A model generated the notes under the pieces. That model was given only the letters and a program-made list of their open reading frames with translations. It did not search any database and was not told the origin of the DNA. This document shows, one piece after another, positions 38,009-51,137 of a DNA stretch of 64,000 nucleotides. Made by a program: the position numbers and the translations under genes. The stretch comes from Octopus sinensis (lineage: Eukaryota): positions 182,714,001 through 182,778,000 of the forward strand of contig NC_042998.1 in the NCBI RefSeq assembly GCF_006345805.1, in the 5' to 3' direction. Within the stretch, counting starts at the first letter, position 1. Each line of letters begins with the position of its first letter.

Positions 38009-38589
38009 GCAAAATAAAAGCAACATTTTTGTTAGATTATATTGATTTCAGATATTGGCACAAGGCCAACAAGTTTGGTGTTGAGGTAGTCAATTGCATC
38101 ACCTCCAGTGCTTGAATGGTACTTATTTTATCAATCCCAAAATGATGAAAGGCAAAGTCAACTTCAGTTGAATTTGAACTCAGAACATAAAAATGAACAG
38201 AATTCTACCAAGCATTTTGTCCAGCATGCTAATGATTCTGCCAAGCTTGCTGCCTTCTTTGTTAAAATATATTGAAATTAGGAATTTTAAAGATTTTTTT
38301 ATCATTTAAGATTGATCCAAAAAAAGTGTTTTGAATTTTGGCTACATATTATGAAATACTTTCATTGGTATTATATTAAGTTCTACATATACACAAGATA
38401 TTATTAAGCTAGCACGGTCATGGCTCAAATGCTTTTCTTTAAAAGGATGCACTATTAGGGCTGACCTGAAACTAAGTAACAAGAGCTTTATAACTTACCT
38501 GAATGAGCTGAAGGGTAATAATTGTTGCTAATTTAGGTTACAAAGCCAGAAATTTTGAGAGAAAGTAGTAAACTGTGCAAAAAGGAGAT

Positions 38590-39500
38590 GGTGACGAATA
38601 AATGACTCCTTTAAGCACCACACAGTCGCCTTACAATAAAAGCCAAAATATGGATGAATGAATAAGAGTGTCAAGAGGAATAAGGAGAAGACGACACAAC
38701 TGTATAATGTAAGAGAAAGGTTTTATTTAGATGTTAACATGTGGGTAGCAGAGTGCCTGCGTACGTGTGTGCGTCATAAGTACATACATAATAATAATAA
38801 TAGACAGGCCGTCAAGAATACAATAATATGTATGTGTGTTAGCAGAGTGTGTCTGGGTGCATGTGAGATAAAATACAGAGCATAGAAAGTGGTTACAATA
38901 GGACGCTAGATGAATGTTCAGACACAAGGTAAAGATAAATACCAGTTCGTAGTAAGAATGCAATAGTTGGAGTTCTGTACAAGAGGGTGAGGCAAAAAGG
39001 GGCAGAGTCGGTTACTATGCATGTAGAGGCTGTGTCTACTATGCTGTACTGGGTTACTTGGTACAGAAGGATCTTGCAGGTTGAGCTAGCTGTTAACCTT
39101 GGCGAGTATTCACAAACAGCATGAAGTTAAACCTGGGTGATATTGCCGTTGGCATCGTTAAGTTGAAGGCAACCGTGGTGGAAATGACATTAAGGTGAAG
39201 GTCCTGAAATGCTGCGGTAGTGTTGTCAGTCACTGTCTGTCACTGGAACTGGCTGCGTGTTGCTGGATGCTCTATGGTCAGAGGTTAGTCCTTAGGACTA
39301 GAACCAAAGACACGCGATTTGATGAATCGCTGTGTTTTATAGCAAACTAGAGACTCCAGAAGAAAATTTAGAAGATTGTGTCATGGGACCTTATCAGAAG
39401 GCTGCGATTGGCTGGGTCGCACACTGGCATGAAATAAAGCAAGAGACAAACTGCACCAATACCAACCAACAGAGCAGTGGACACAACTGGGCCTAAGCGG
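38590..39500 (-). mobile_element. Possible solo LTR or unclassified repeat
   Basis: GC-richer island with a minus-strand AATAAA near 38725 followed by U5-like sequence; termini not resolved. Confidence 0.3.
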
Positions 39501-40974
39501 TCGAAGGTTAACTGTTATCTGCTATGTCCGTATTTGTATTATATATGTCAGAGAGAGAGAATGTATTTTACTAAGCTCCGCTACAATTTCATCAAACTTA
39601 AAGAGATGAAAGACAAAGTTGACCTCAGCTGAAATGTAATAAGAATTGTTAAAGAACATGTATCTATCTATTAAGCAATTACTCCCAGTAATCCATATAA
39701 AAGTATGGATTTTTAGATCTATCAAAACCAAGTTAACATAAAACAATGAATGCAAATATAAAAGAATTTACAAAAATATAAAGAGTTAAAAAATTTTAAT
39801 TGTTTTTCTATACTTCAAGAGGGAAAAAAAAAACATAAACCAAATGCTGCCAAAATGCTGTACATACTTCAAATATAGCTTATATGCCTGAAAATACACT
39901 AGAACACAAGAGAATAATGTTGCTTTTTGTTGGATAAATCTACTCCGACAGGTTGCTAAAGAAAGCATTTATTTTGGTTGCTTTTATACATAGAATAGAA
40001 AATCTTTGGGAATTTTCTGAAAATAACTCTCCTCACAGCTAGCTATGCCAAACACAACCTTTAGGGAGTTAGTAAAGATTACTGAACTGAAGTTAGAGTG
40101 TTATTTTTTTAACATACCAAATGTTAACGCACTTGTTTCTGTATTGTTGCTAGAACTCACTATACCCTCTCTCTCTCTCTCTGCACTACACATTTGTGGC
40201 TCTATGCCAGTGTGAGCAAGTTACCATTATTATTGAAGAAACTGTCAGTGACACAGTGTGAAGTGATTCTTCAGCAAAAAGTTGTCAGAGTTCTGTTTGA
40301 TTTCCAATTGGAATGGTCTCATGTATCTGTTTATTCACTATTCCCAAAACTATAAAAGTTTAATGTCTAATTATGAACTCATTAGTAAAGAAACTGATTG
40401 ACTGCATGTTGTGTTTTTCAAGTGGTGTTCTTAATATCAATATGATTGTGTGATACATTTGTATAAATAAGCCGATCAAATAATATCTATAACAATATGT
40501 CTAGCTGAACACATATCAAAATGTCTATCAGATACAGCAGTCTATAACATCATATCTATGTCTAGTGTCTACATCATATGTCTATGTCAGTATGTGATTT
40601 GATACCGTCTAAATCAAAATCTCAATGCAACCATGTATATATCTGTTTGTAATGTGTAAGAATATGATTTAGTGTTGTCATGATATGAAAGAGTAAAGCA
40701 GTGCTCACTTAGTAATAAATCCAAAACTTGATTACAGTCTCAAAATGCTTTAAACTGTGAAAAATAGATTCCATTCCTGCATTATATATAAGTAATTGGC
40801 TCAAATAGGCAAAACAAAAAAAGGTCTATTGCAGTAAAATATCTAAACATTAAAGAGAAAAACCCATCAAATTCAGTCCACTACCCAGACAACCCAGTTA
40901 ATGAACACAATTTTTTTTTCTTTTTAATGAGCCAGGTTTTATAATTGATTGTCAAATATGAAAGAATCATTTGC

Positions 40975-41148
40975 AGGCATAGGAGTGGCTGTGTGGTAAG
41001 TAGCTTGCTTACAAACCACATGGTTCTGGGTTCAGTTCCACGGCGTGGCACCTTGGGCAAGTGTCGTCCACTATAGCCTTGGGCCGACCAAAGCCTTGTG
41101 AGTGGATTTGGTAGACAGAAACTGAAAAGAAGCCTGTCGTATATATGA

Positions 41149-41184
<36 letters not shown>

Positions 41185-41410
41185 ATATGTTTGTGTGTCT
41201 GTGTTTGTCGACCCCAACATTGCTTGACAACCAATGCTGGTGTGTTTACATCCCTGTAACTTAGCGGTTCGGCAAAAGATACTGATAGAATAAGTACTAG
41301 GCTTACAAAGAATAGTCCTGGGGTCGATTTGCTCGACTAAAGGCGGTGCTCCAGCATGGCCACAGTCACATGACTGAAACAAGTAAAAGAGTAAAAAAAG
41401 AGTAAAGAGT
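40975..41410 (+). mobile_element. SINE family B
   Basis: Complete copy; a more diverged copy lies at 41938-42290. Confidence 0.88.
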
Positions 41411-42775
41411 GGACAGTAGAATTGGTAGAATTTAGTTACTTTCTTTTATATTCTAAGTGGATGGCTATCTAGAGTATCCTTTTGCTTGTTTGTCAGTTCT
41501 GTTTTCATTTACAGTTATGACTGCTGCTATTTGAGATATTTATTTATTTAGCTCGTTAACTGGGACATGTGGGTGTTTATTAGAAGAGCCACTGATCGTG
41601 CAACCATCTGTAAATCTAGAAAGTCAAATCATCTGGTAAATATCAATACTTTGAAGGGCTTCACTCTCTCATTTATTCAAGAGCTTCAGTGGAGAGGAAG
41701 CTGGTTTATGCTGGGAGTTGAAAGATTAAAGTATGGAACAAGGAGCCAGAACGGAACATGTTTCCTGTTGTAGAAGTGCTTCATGGTTACTCACATTAAA
41801 TTAAGTGTCAGGGTTTATAATTGACTGTCAAATATGATAGAGTCATTTGTAATGGACAGCATAATTGATGGTATTTAGTTGCTTTCTTTCATATTCTAAG
41901 TGGGTGGCTATCTGGATGATCCTTTGCTTGTTTGTCAGGTGCAGGCATGGCTGTGTGGTAAGAAGTTTGCATCCCAACCACATGGTTCTGAGTTCAGACC
42001 CACAGCGTGGTACCTTGAGCAAGTGTCTTCCACTACAGCTTCATGCCAACCAAAGCTTTGTCAGTGGATCTGGTAGACAGAAACTGAAAGGAACCCATCG
42101 TATATTTGTGTGTGTGTTTGTCCCCCTGCCACCACTAGACAATTGGTTTTGGCATGCTTATGTTCCCATGACTTAGTGGATCAGCAAAAGAATCCAATAG
42201 CATAAGTACCAACTAAAAATTCTTCAAGGTTGTGCCTAAGCATGGCTGCAGTCTAATGACTGAAACAAGTAAAAGATTAAAAGATATATACTAAGAACAT
42301 GATGTACATGAAACGAATGGTAACTTTCTGACTGACCATAACTAGCGATTATACACAGGAAAAAAAGAAGTGAAACCCCTAATTCAGCCAAAAATGATAC
42401 TGCATCAGCAAACGAAAGTTTTGTTTTAGAACCTTCTACTTTTGGCTGCTGTTCATAGTTTTAATAATAATAGCACTTAATGGAGAGTAAACAGTGCCAA
42501 CTTGATGCTTGCTATAACTTATTTCTAAAAAGTGACATTTAAAACGAGGAATAAATAATAAAACAATACTTATCTGGCAAGCATCAGTCATGGTGTTGAG
42601 TCTAATAAATTTTTCATGTGCACTGCGTCTTTGTATATCTGATAATTTGCTTGCAGACACTTACCTGACTTTTATCTTTATTGTTATAAATATAGTGAGT
42701 TAGATGAATATTTTAAGCCTTGTAATTTCTCATTGATAATTGTTGCTATGAACCTTGGAATAGATACATGCAAAC

Positions 42776-44830
42776 TTGAATACTTACACACCATTATATG
42801 AGGCCAAAACAATAACTATCAAAGAGGCTGATAAAGGGGGTGCAGTTGTCTTAATGGACACGGTATTCTATATAACTCTAGTACTATCCACATTCGAAGA
42901 CACAACATATTATGAAAAGGCCCAACACTACAGTCAGCAGAAAATAATGAGAGACCTAAAATCCATGTTAAACCTATACAAAGAAGGGCTCACCGACAAA
43001 GAATATGACTATATGACAATTTTTCAAAAGTAAAACCAGTCAATTCTACTGTATTCCCAAGATACACAAAAGTGAGAAAATAAGTAATGCATGCAAGATA
43101 GCCACAGACATAATAATCAAAGTCCCTACTCCTAATGACCTCAAATTGAGACCTATAATAGCAAGTCCCGCATGCGAAACCCATCCGCCTCAGTAACTTT
43201 TTAGATACCCTCTTAAAACCACTCCTCAAGCATGTCAAAAGCTATATAAGGGAAGACCTGGATATGGTCAATCACCTTCCTAAAACAATAAACAAAAACA
43301 CCCTACTAGTATCCTTCGATGTAGTCAACCTTTATTCCAATATCCCCCACAACCTAGGAATAGAGCCAATTCAATTCTGGCTAGAGAATTATGCCAACGA
43401 ACTCCCACATCTCATCAAAAAAGAATTCGTGATAGAAGGGCTAAAATTCATCCTGGAAAATAACTACTTTGTCTTCAAAGACAACTTCTACCAACAAAAA
43501 TCGGCGACTGCGATGGGTACGAGAATGGCCCCCTCCTTTGCTAACCTAGTTATGGGATATCTAGAAATTAGTCTTCATCGTAAGGTTCTAGAAAAATACG
43601 GCAGCCCATTCTTCCTCTACATAGAAAATAACTGGAGGAGATACCTGAATGACTGTTTCGTTCTTTGGCATGAAAATATAGAGAAACTTAAAGAATTCCA
43701 AGCACTTTTAAATGGACTTGACATAGACATTCAATTCACGATGGAATATAGCCAGCAACAACTTCCCTTCCTCGATATCCTCATTAAGAAATCTAACAAC
43801 GTAATAGAAACAAATATATACTATAAGCCTACGGACACCAAGAAATATCAACCCTTCAATTCATGCCACATCAGAATGAATATCCCCTTCAACCTAGCAA
43901 AAAGGATATGTACTATAGTTTCTAATGCAAACACCAGAGACACACAACTACATTAACTAAAGGATACACTCATCACCAGGAACTACCCACCTTCACTAAT
44001 TGACATATGCTTTCAACATGCCCTTCAACTCAACATCCAGGAACCCAGACATCCCAAATCAAAGAAAGATTTACAACCAAAACCCCTACCATACATCTCC
44101 ACACAACCCCCTCAACAATGAAGCCTTCGACACCATCCTCCAAAACATACCCCTGCTAAAAAAGGACTACAGAATAAAATTAATCCTCCAAACACACACC
44201 ATCATAAAAAGTAAGAGATAACCCAAATCTATGAAAAGTCTCCTAACACAAGCCCGAATACGCTCAACAACAACACTGAAGCCGTCAGTGAAAAAATGCA
44301 GAAGACCCAACTGTGGGATATGTGTCAATTTAATTGAGGGATCAGAGTTCTCCTTCAAACAGGGATAACGTTTCACATGTGCTTCGGAGAACTTGATATA
44401 CGCACTAACCTGCTCTGGGTGTTAAGAGCAATACATAGGCCAAACAAAAAACAGTCTATGTAAAAGAATGGCCCTGCACAGATCCCAGATCAAAATTCCC
44501 CAAAACAGAAAAATAGCATTCAGCCAACACATAGACATTTGCACCAATAACAAAAAGCCAAGCTTCAGAATTTTTCCCCTCTACCAATTCAGAGACGATA
44601 CAACCTGGAGCCAAGGAATTAGTAAAGAAACTCTCTTTATTACAAAATACAGACCCCTTTTGAACGCATCTACAACAAACGACATATCTACCACGGCCTT
44701 AGAATAGCACAAACACACACTCAAATATTAAAAAATGATACACTCAAGAGATTCCCAAGAATTCATTAAAAAACAGTCCCAATCACTGCTATAATCCATA
44801 ACGAGTCAATTTTAGGTCACTTGACCATTT
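42776..44830 (+). mobile_element. Penelope-like element (RT plus GIY-YIG endonuclease), decayed and 5'-truncated
   Basis: ITIKEADKGGAVV, LVSFDVVNLYSNIP, ATAMGTRMAPSFANLVMG, WRRYLND (catalytic D changed to N), LPFLDILI, YYKPT; GIY-YIG LIYALTCSGC*EQYIGQT...LCKRMALHRSQI; several stops and frameshifts. Confidence 0.92.
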
Positions 44831-44858
44831 AACATACTACTGTCATGGCACTCCCACA

Positions 44859-45360
44859 TTCTTCTTCTTCTTCTTCTTCTTCTTCTTCTTCTTCTTCTTC
44901 TTCTTCTTCTTCTTCTTCTTCTTCTTCCCTACCACGAATTCACAACGACCTTGAACCCACAAGAGTAAACAAAAGAGAGAGAGAAACAGGCAGAAACTTA
45001 TATTTGAACACTATGCAAATATTCTTTTAAAAAAACTTTACTTTTGATTTTCCCCAAATTTAATTGTTTTCTATACTTATAGTTGAAAAAGTCTCAATGA
45101 TTGAAACCAGTACTGAAATGTTTTTTATAAAATTATTTTAGCATTTTCTATCTTGACATTTTCCCCATATATAGCGAAAGTCTTCAAACACAAGGAGAAG
45201 AAGAAGAAGAAGAAGAAGAAGAAGAAGAAGAAGAAGAAGAAGAAGAAGAAGAAGAGAAGAAGAAGAAGAAGAAGAAGAAGAAGAAGAAGAAGAAGAAGAA
45301 GAAGACGAAGAAGAAGAAGAAGAAGAAGAAGAAGAAGAAGAAGAAGAAGAAGAAGAAGAA
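44859..45360. repeat. (TTC)n at 44859-44927 and (GAA)n at about 45196-45360
   Basis: Directly visible; the two tracts are mutually complementary. Confidence 0.92.
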
Positions 45361-45416
45361 GGTTCACCCTCTGTTTTATAACCAGGCTCTGACATAATTT
45401 TCTCTGGCATCTGTTT

Positions 45417-47752
45417 TGTCGCGAGGTCGGCTTGTTGCTTGCGTTAAGCTGGTCAATGAAGATATTATTTCGTTGGCTGCGTGGGTCATAACTTAAGCAA
45501 CAAGCAGGCATTTAACTTGATATTTATTCTTGGACATAATATTTGGTGTTGGTTATTTACAATGAATAATATTAGTAATTGGCGAATAAGATCGAGAGAA
45601 AAACCGTACTGTGTCCGTTTAAGTTACTTATTTGATATTGTGTGAATGTTCAGAATGGACCTGTCTGAGAACCTGGAGTTGTCTGCACAAATGTTCTGAA
45701 CCGTTTGCATGGCAAGAATGGAGATGCGCGAGTCAGTCAACTACTTCCAACACTCTGTGATTGATTGAGTGCTGAAAACGGTTTTTATAGGGAACAGAAA
45801 GTCAGATTTTAGAACGCCCGAGGAAACCATATCACGCCACAGTCTCATGCTGATTGGTCAATTTATAGACCGATCACGTGAAACTATGGTGGCTCACTCG
45901 TGGTGTCTGACCGAGTATCTAGCGGTTAGGGTTCGAATCCCCTCTCATTTCTAATAATAAAACAGAGAATTTATATAGGAATACAACAGATCAATACAAA
46001 TGCAAAAAGAACAAGAAAAAGAAAAACGTACTCAGTACAGAAAAGACGCTAAAAAATGTCTATGTAACAATGAGAGGTTCGTAAAATGTACGTCGTTCTG
46101 CAGTTTTGTTTCATTATTTTCTCTTTTGTTTTTGGCAGGGGCAGAGGACTGAGAAAAGCATTTTTTGTGTAGAAAAAAGTGAGTCTGAGTGTATCCAGAA
46201 TGCAAAGCATTAATATGAGAAAGGGATACTGCTTCTGCCACAGGAATTTTCAGCTCCCTTGATATAACGTATATCAGTAGTAAGCTAGAATATAATCAAG
46301 GTGTTTTCTGTCTTTTGGGGAACGTTTACTTGTGTTGGATTATATTGCGTAGGTTAATGGTTGAAGATCAGCATACATAGTGAACGTTTTTCCTTCCAAG
46401 AAATGGCATAAGTACTTTATTAACAAATAACTGCTGTTTTCCCACGTTTGAGCAACTAACTTGAAAGAACATAGCTGAGTGCATTTGTGTGAATTAGTAC
46501 CAAAACGGTCGCAATACGACAAAACTGTTGTGTGTCTTCCATGAGGACTGAATGAACGGTTTCTTAATGTCCTTTGGCCATGAGATTTTGAGCACACAGA
46601 ATCGAAGTCGTTGCCATTGCGTGAGTCTGTCAGCGTCTGAATTTTTGTTTTCAGTCATCTTACGAAAAATCCCCAGTTCAGAGGAAAAGGAAAAGATGAA
46701 AGTAAGAGGATAAGTATCCGCATTACAGTACTGAAAGAGGAAATATCTATAATACCGTGTGAAGTTGCTACATTTAAGCGCAAATGATTTGGAATCACTC
46801 AAATGAAAAGGATATGAAAAAATTAAATACCGGTTGCAACTGCGAACTCAGGAACGTTCTGGATAAAATTAGCCCCGAAATCATGCATTTAAAGGAAGAC
46901 GAGAATTTCTTCGGTGTTAAAAATAGTCACGTTAACAGACTTATAGCTTCATTTCTTAGAAAGGTAGGGGTGGCAGTGGTGGTCAAATTATGAGCTGCTG
47001 TTGTTGGTGGTGGTGATGAGTGGATTTTCATGGGATTAATAAGTCGGGTCACTATTGTTGTGGCTTTTGCTGGCTTTTTATTGAGTCGAACATCACCAAA
47101 TGTCAAGAAGAGAAACATCAGTCGTCACCAATTTCGTGATTTTACTGGCTTTTTTTATGTCTAGGGTCACCAATGTCATGAAGTGAAGATGAACGTCAGA
47201 GGTCACCAACGTTGCATAGATTTGCTTGCTGCTTGTGTTGTGGAGAAACGTACCATCGCTGGACCTCTGTTAGAAGAAAGCGGCGGGTAGAATAACTTAA
47301 GTGACAAGCAGGCATTTAACTTGATATTCATTGCCGATCATAATGAAATTTGGTGTTAGCTATTTACAATGAACAATATCAATAATTGACAAATGAGATA
47401 GAGGGAAAAACTGTATTGCGTCTGTAGAAGTTACTTATTAGATATATGAATGTCCAGAATGGGTCAGCTCGAGAACCTGAAGTTGTCTGCGCAAATGTCC
47501 AGAACCGTCTGCATGGCAAGAGAGGAGGCACATATATCAGTCAGTTGCTTTCGACATTCTGTGATTAATTAAGCACCAAAAAACGGCTTTCATAGAGGAC
47601 AAGAAGTCAAATTTTAGAACATTCGAGGAAACTATATCACGCCTCAGCCTCAGGCCGATTGGTCGATCAGCGTGATTAATCACATGAAACTGTGGTGGCT
47701 CACTCATGGCATCTGACCAAGTATCTAGCAGTTATGGTTCGGATCTCTTACA
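45417..47752 (-). mobile_element. Gypsy (Mag/SURL-like) LTR retrotransposon, internally deleted; LTRs at 47210-47752 (5') and 45417-45947 (3')
   Basis: Two diverged LTRs of about 535 bp in the same orientation; PBS-like TGGTGACCTCTGACGT next to the 5' LTR; gag knuckle remnant (YCDRFGTNSHKCTQLCSF) fused to an RNase H remnant (IKYLCHFLEGKTFTMYADLQPLTYAI). Confidence 0.82.
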
Positions 47753-47789
47753 GTTTCATCTTCCCTGCAGTATCCTATGAAAATCCCTA

Positions 47790-48870
47790 GCTTTGAATCC
47801 TTTAATTATACCACTTCCACATCGCACAGACGCTTTGTTTTAAGCATTGGCCGCAATGGCTATCTTCAGTGCCTTCTATGAAGCTGATAAATTGAACATT
47901 ATAGACTTGAGTTGTAGTTGTTGATGTTACCGAGAGTTCTTTATCCGCGTATATCATACAAGGAGGTATAACCTCTTGCAGATTTGAATTATACTTTGAT
48001 CCATGAGCGGGATCCCGAAGGTAACACTGGGTGACAAGAACATGCATCTTATTTTACTACCATTACTGACAAGTTGGCGAGCATCGAGGTGAGCTGGTGC
48101 GTTGTACAAAATAAGAAGCCCTCACCTTCACTTCATTATCAGAAAGTTTGTGAATATCTAGTATTTACGTACTGAAGGAATGAAAGACGTGAAATAAAAT
48201 ATTCGTTAAAGATATTCACGTTGGACCATGTTTTCTTGGAATTGCAGTGATACACAAGCAGCTGTTGCCTTGTCTTTCAAAATTCGCGGATGTGCTGACC
48301 TCAACACTACCACTAACTTTAAGAGCTGCATGATGTTAAGTTCGAGTAACACGATGCGGCGAAGTAATACGTTCATTACTAAATTTACGAGCATTCTGGT
48401 TTCATTTCCATTGTTCACTTGGAAAATTAGGAAACTTTTATACTCAATAAAATCATTTACCCTCTTCCTGAATGGGTCGATTTCCTTGGTTGGTTCGTTG
48501 CCTGTTTCACCATAGGTAATTTTATTACTCATCCTCTGGCAATTTCTAAATTGCTTTAACCATCCGTAACTATCTTCGAAATTCTTGATGCTCACACGCC
48601 CAGTAACTTGGCAACCATACAGAATTTCAATACATCTGGCATTGCTACATGATCCGTGATGGATAAACCAATTTGTCACTGATTACACAAGGTCTGTACC
48701 TTTTGCAACTTTCAAACACACCCTTGCTCTAATAGATGATGGTTTATAATTTACACCAACATTATAATTCAAAGAAAATGCAATGCGCTTGTCCTTAGCT
48801 TTGCATCTAGCAGAAAATATCAGAATTTCTAACATTATACTTTTCACAAACATTTGCCAGCAAAACACAA
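47790..48870 (-). pseudogene. pogo/Tigger-like transposase remnant
   Basis: NFEDSYGWLKQFRNCQRMSNKITYGE...FRKRVNDFIE...QVNNGNET resembles the CENP-B HTH and first catalytic motif (FxASxGWLxxF, QVYNADET). Confidence 0.75.
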
Positions 48871-49892
48871 TCTTCTAACTTCCCTATAAGTTTCAGTTCT
48901 TTGCTGATGGATAGAGTCACGTGCTTTTTCTGTAGATTATTACACTTCCTGGAAGTCATGATACATGACTAAAAGATGACTAACTTCTGAAATGTAAACA
49001 AAAATTGCAGGGTAACACAATCTGAGTTGTGTTGCATACGATGGTCGTTATCAAAGTGTGCCTGTGCTTATCGCGCTGAACGAATTAATTCGGCATAAAT
49101 ATTATCATAAAATTAAACAAACAAACTTTAGGTTACATCGCTCTTGCTTATTCCTTGTTTCTAAGTATGTATTATTAGGCTTGAAAAGAATTACAGCTAT
49201 ATTTCATAATGATACTGCAAGAGCAAAACTATTCCTTTAAAAGATCAGTTTCAGTTTATAAATTTCCACTATACAGCTCTTCACCACAAACCACAATATT
49301 TATTAATGTGGAGAGCGAAAGCGAATAAGAGTAAGTCTTATATAAAAGTAATGGCTTGAATAAAATAGAAAGAAGGAAAAAGGTCAATGAATTCGAATAG
49401 CAGACAATTTAAAAGGTCAGTTAATTAGGGAGAATGTGGAATGCTAGAAAGAAAATGCATATTTCTCATCACCTTGCCACATACCCAGCTTGAGACAGCA
49501 GTGGAGTATTCATTAATATTATATGAAAAAACAAACTGCTACTATATTTCCTAACAGAGATCAGAAAAATTATTTCCTCATCCAGGTTTATTTTGTGTGA
49601 GCTTCGTATTTATGATGAATTTAACATGTTTCGTAGGTGCACAAGGCTCATCTAGTACGCCTGACAACACTCGAAGCCGCCGACGAAACTCAACACTGAC
49701 AAATACTCTTCTTAACTTAGATTTATCTGATGTCCATAACGGAGTACATTATACAGAGGTGACGAGTTAACCCTATCCATAAATGCCAACGCACACCCAT
49801 TAAACACATTAAAGATTAACGTTATCAAACATTCCGTATTTTTAATCCCAAAAGACAAATATTTACAATTGTAATAAAGAAACACTCGAGGG

Positions 49893-49968
<76 letters not shown>

Positions 49969-50003
49969 TAAGGAGAGACACAAATAAGAAAGAAGAAAAC
50001 AAA

Positions 50004-50048
50004 GGACCATTGATGCGGTCACAGGAGTGTGACGAAAGAACTCTGGCC
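50004..50048 (+). ncRNA. Degenerate minimal hammerhead-like fold
   Basis: GGACCA-TTGATGC-G-GTCAC(AGGAGT)GTGAC-GAAA-GAAC-TC-TGGCC; topology is correct but there are two core substitutions. Confidence 0.45.
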
Positions 50049-50222
50049 GAAATAAGATTAAGATTAATGTAAAAAATAAATAACACTGAAGCAAAATAAC
50101 ACCAAATATATAGTGCGTGTGTTTTTATTGGCTAAACTGGCAAAATGACCATTCCGAAATATAACAATATCTGTTTCAACACACGACTTCACATAAAAAA
50201 TCTTGCACAACAAATATTAAAC

Positions 50223-50273
<51 letters not shown>

Positions 50274-50305
50274 TATAATAATATATATATTATATATATA
50301 TATAT

Positions 50306-50536
50306 AATTGCAGCGTGGAAGGTGTTTATAAGCCATTTAAGAAACGCACAAAAACCGTTAGATTCACTTCAACATTTAAATTTAATTTGTCAAAATATTT
50401 TCGTCGCTTTGAGACCGCGACCTGTTCACTGTGGCGTTTCTTAAATGGCTTATAAACACCTTCCACACTGCAATTGTTTTTGTTCCAGCACACGATCTCA
50501 GATCAGGTCACTTGCTATGCAAGTACATCTCCGTAA
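50306..50536. mobile_element. Second copy of the 22893-23100 element with an inverted 5' part; G3-C8 hammerhead on the minus strand at 50386-50431
   Basis: 50306-50431 is a reverse-complement partial copy and 50432-50536 is the forward 3' part; 43-bp inverted arms at 50306-50348 and 50434-50476. Confidence 0.8.
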
Positions 50537-50539
50537 TAT

Positions 50540-50916
50540 TTCTCTTTTCTCTTTTACTTGTTTCAGTCATTTGACTGCGGCCATGCTGGAGCACCGCCTT
50601 TAGTCGAGCCCAGTACTTATTCTATCGGTCTCTTTTGCCGAACCGCTAAGTTACGGGGACGTAAACGCACCAGCATCGGTTGTTATGCGATGGTGGGGGA
50701 CAAACACAAACACACACACATACACATATATATATATATATATATACATATATACGACAGGCTTCTTTCAGTTTCCGTCTACCAAATCCACTCACAAGGC
50801 ATTGGTCGGCCCGGGGCTATAGCAGAAGACACTTGCCCAAGATGCCACGCAGTGGGACTGAACCCGGAACCATATGGCTGGTTAGCAAGCTACTTACCAC
50901 ACAGCCACTCCTGCGC
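50540..50916 (-). mobile_element. SINE family B
   Basis: Well-preserved copy. Confidence 0.88.
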
Positions 50917-51137
50917 CTATGTATATTTATATAAGAAACTCCTTGGACAGGAAAATGCAGAGAACCATCAATTGGACCCGAACTATGCGTCTACCTTATA
51001 CCGGACGGTCGTATTACAGATACACTAAAGCGACTCTCCGACTTTCGACCACCCAAGTTGAAAGGTGAAATCTTACAAGCTAGGAAGGAAGGTTGTTCGC
51101 ACTTAGAATATACTTTAGAAGCAATGAGAAATATATA

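Noticed and set aside
45890-45945. tRNA-like A/B boxes (TGGCTCACTCG...GGTTCGAATCC)
   Set aside because: No cloverleaf; it is the terminal part of the Gypsy LTR and the box is not conserved in the other two LTR copies.
47041-47209. Repeat-spacer pattern superficially like a CRISPR array
   Set aside because: Eukaryotic context, degenerate 13-bp repeats, spacers that themselves repeat, and no cas genes; better explained as PBS repeats.
49620-49705. Hammerhead-like fragments (minus CTAGATGAG...GAAACATGTT; plus GACGAAAC...TGACAAA)
   Set aside because: Stems I and II do not pair in either orientation.
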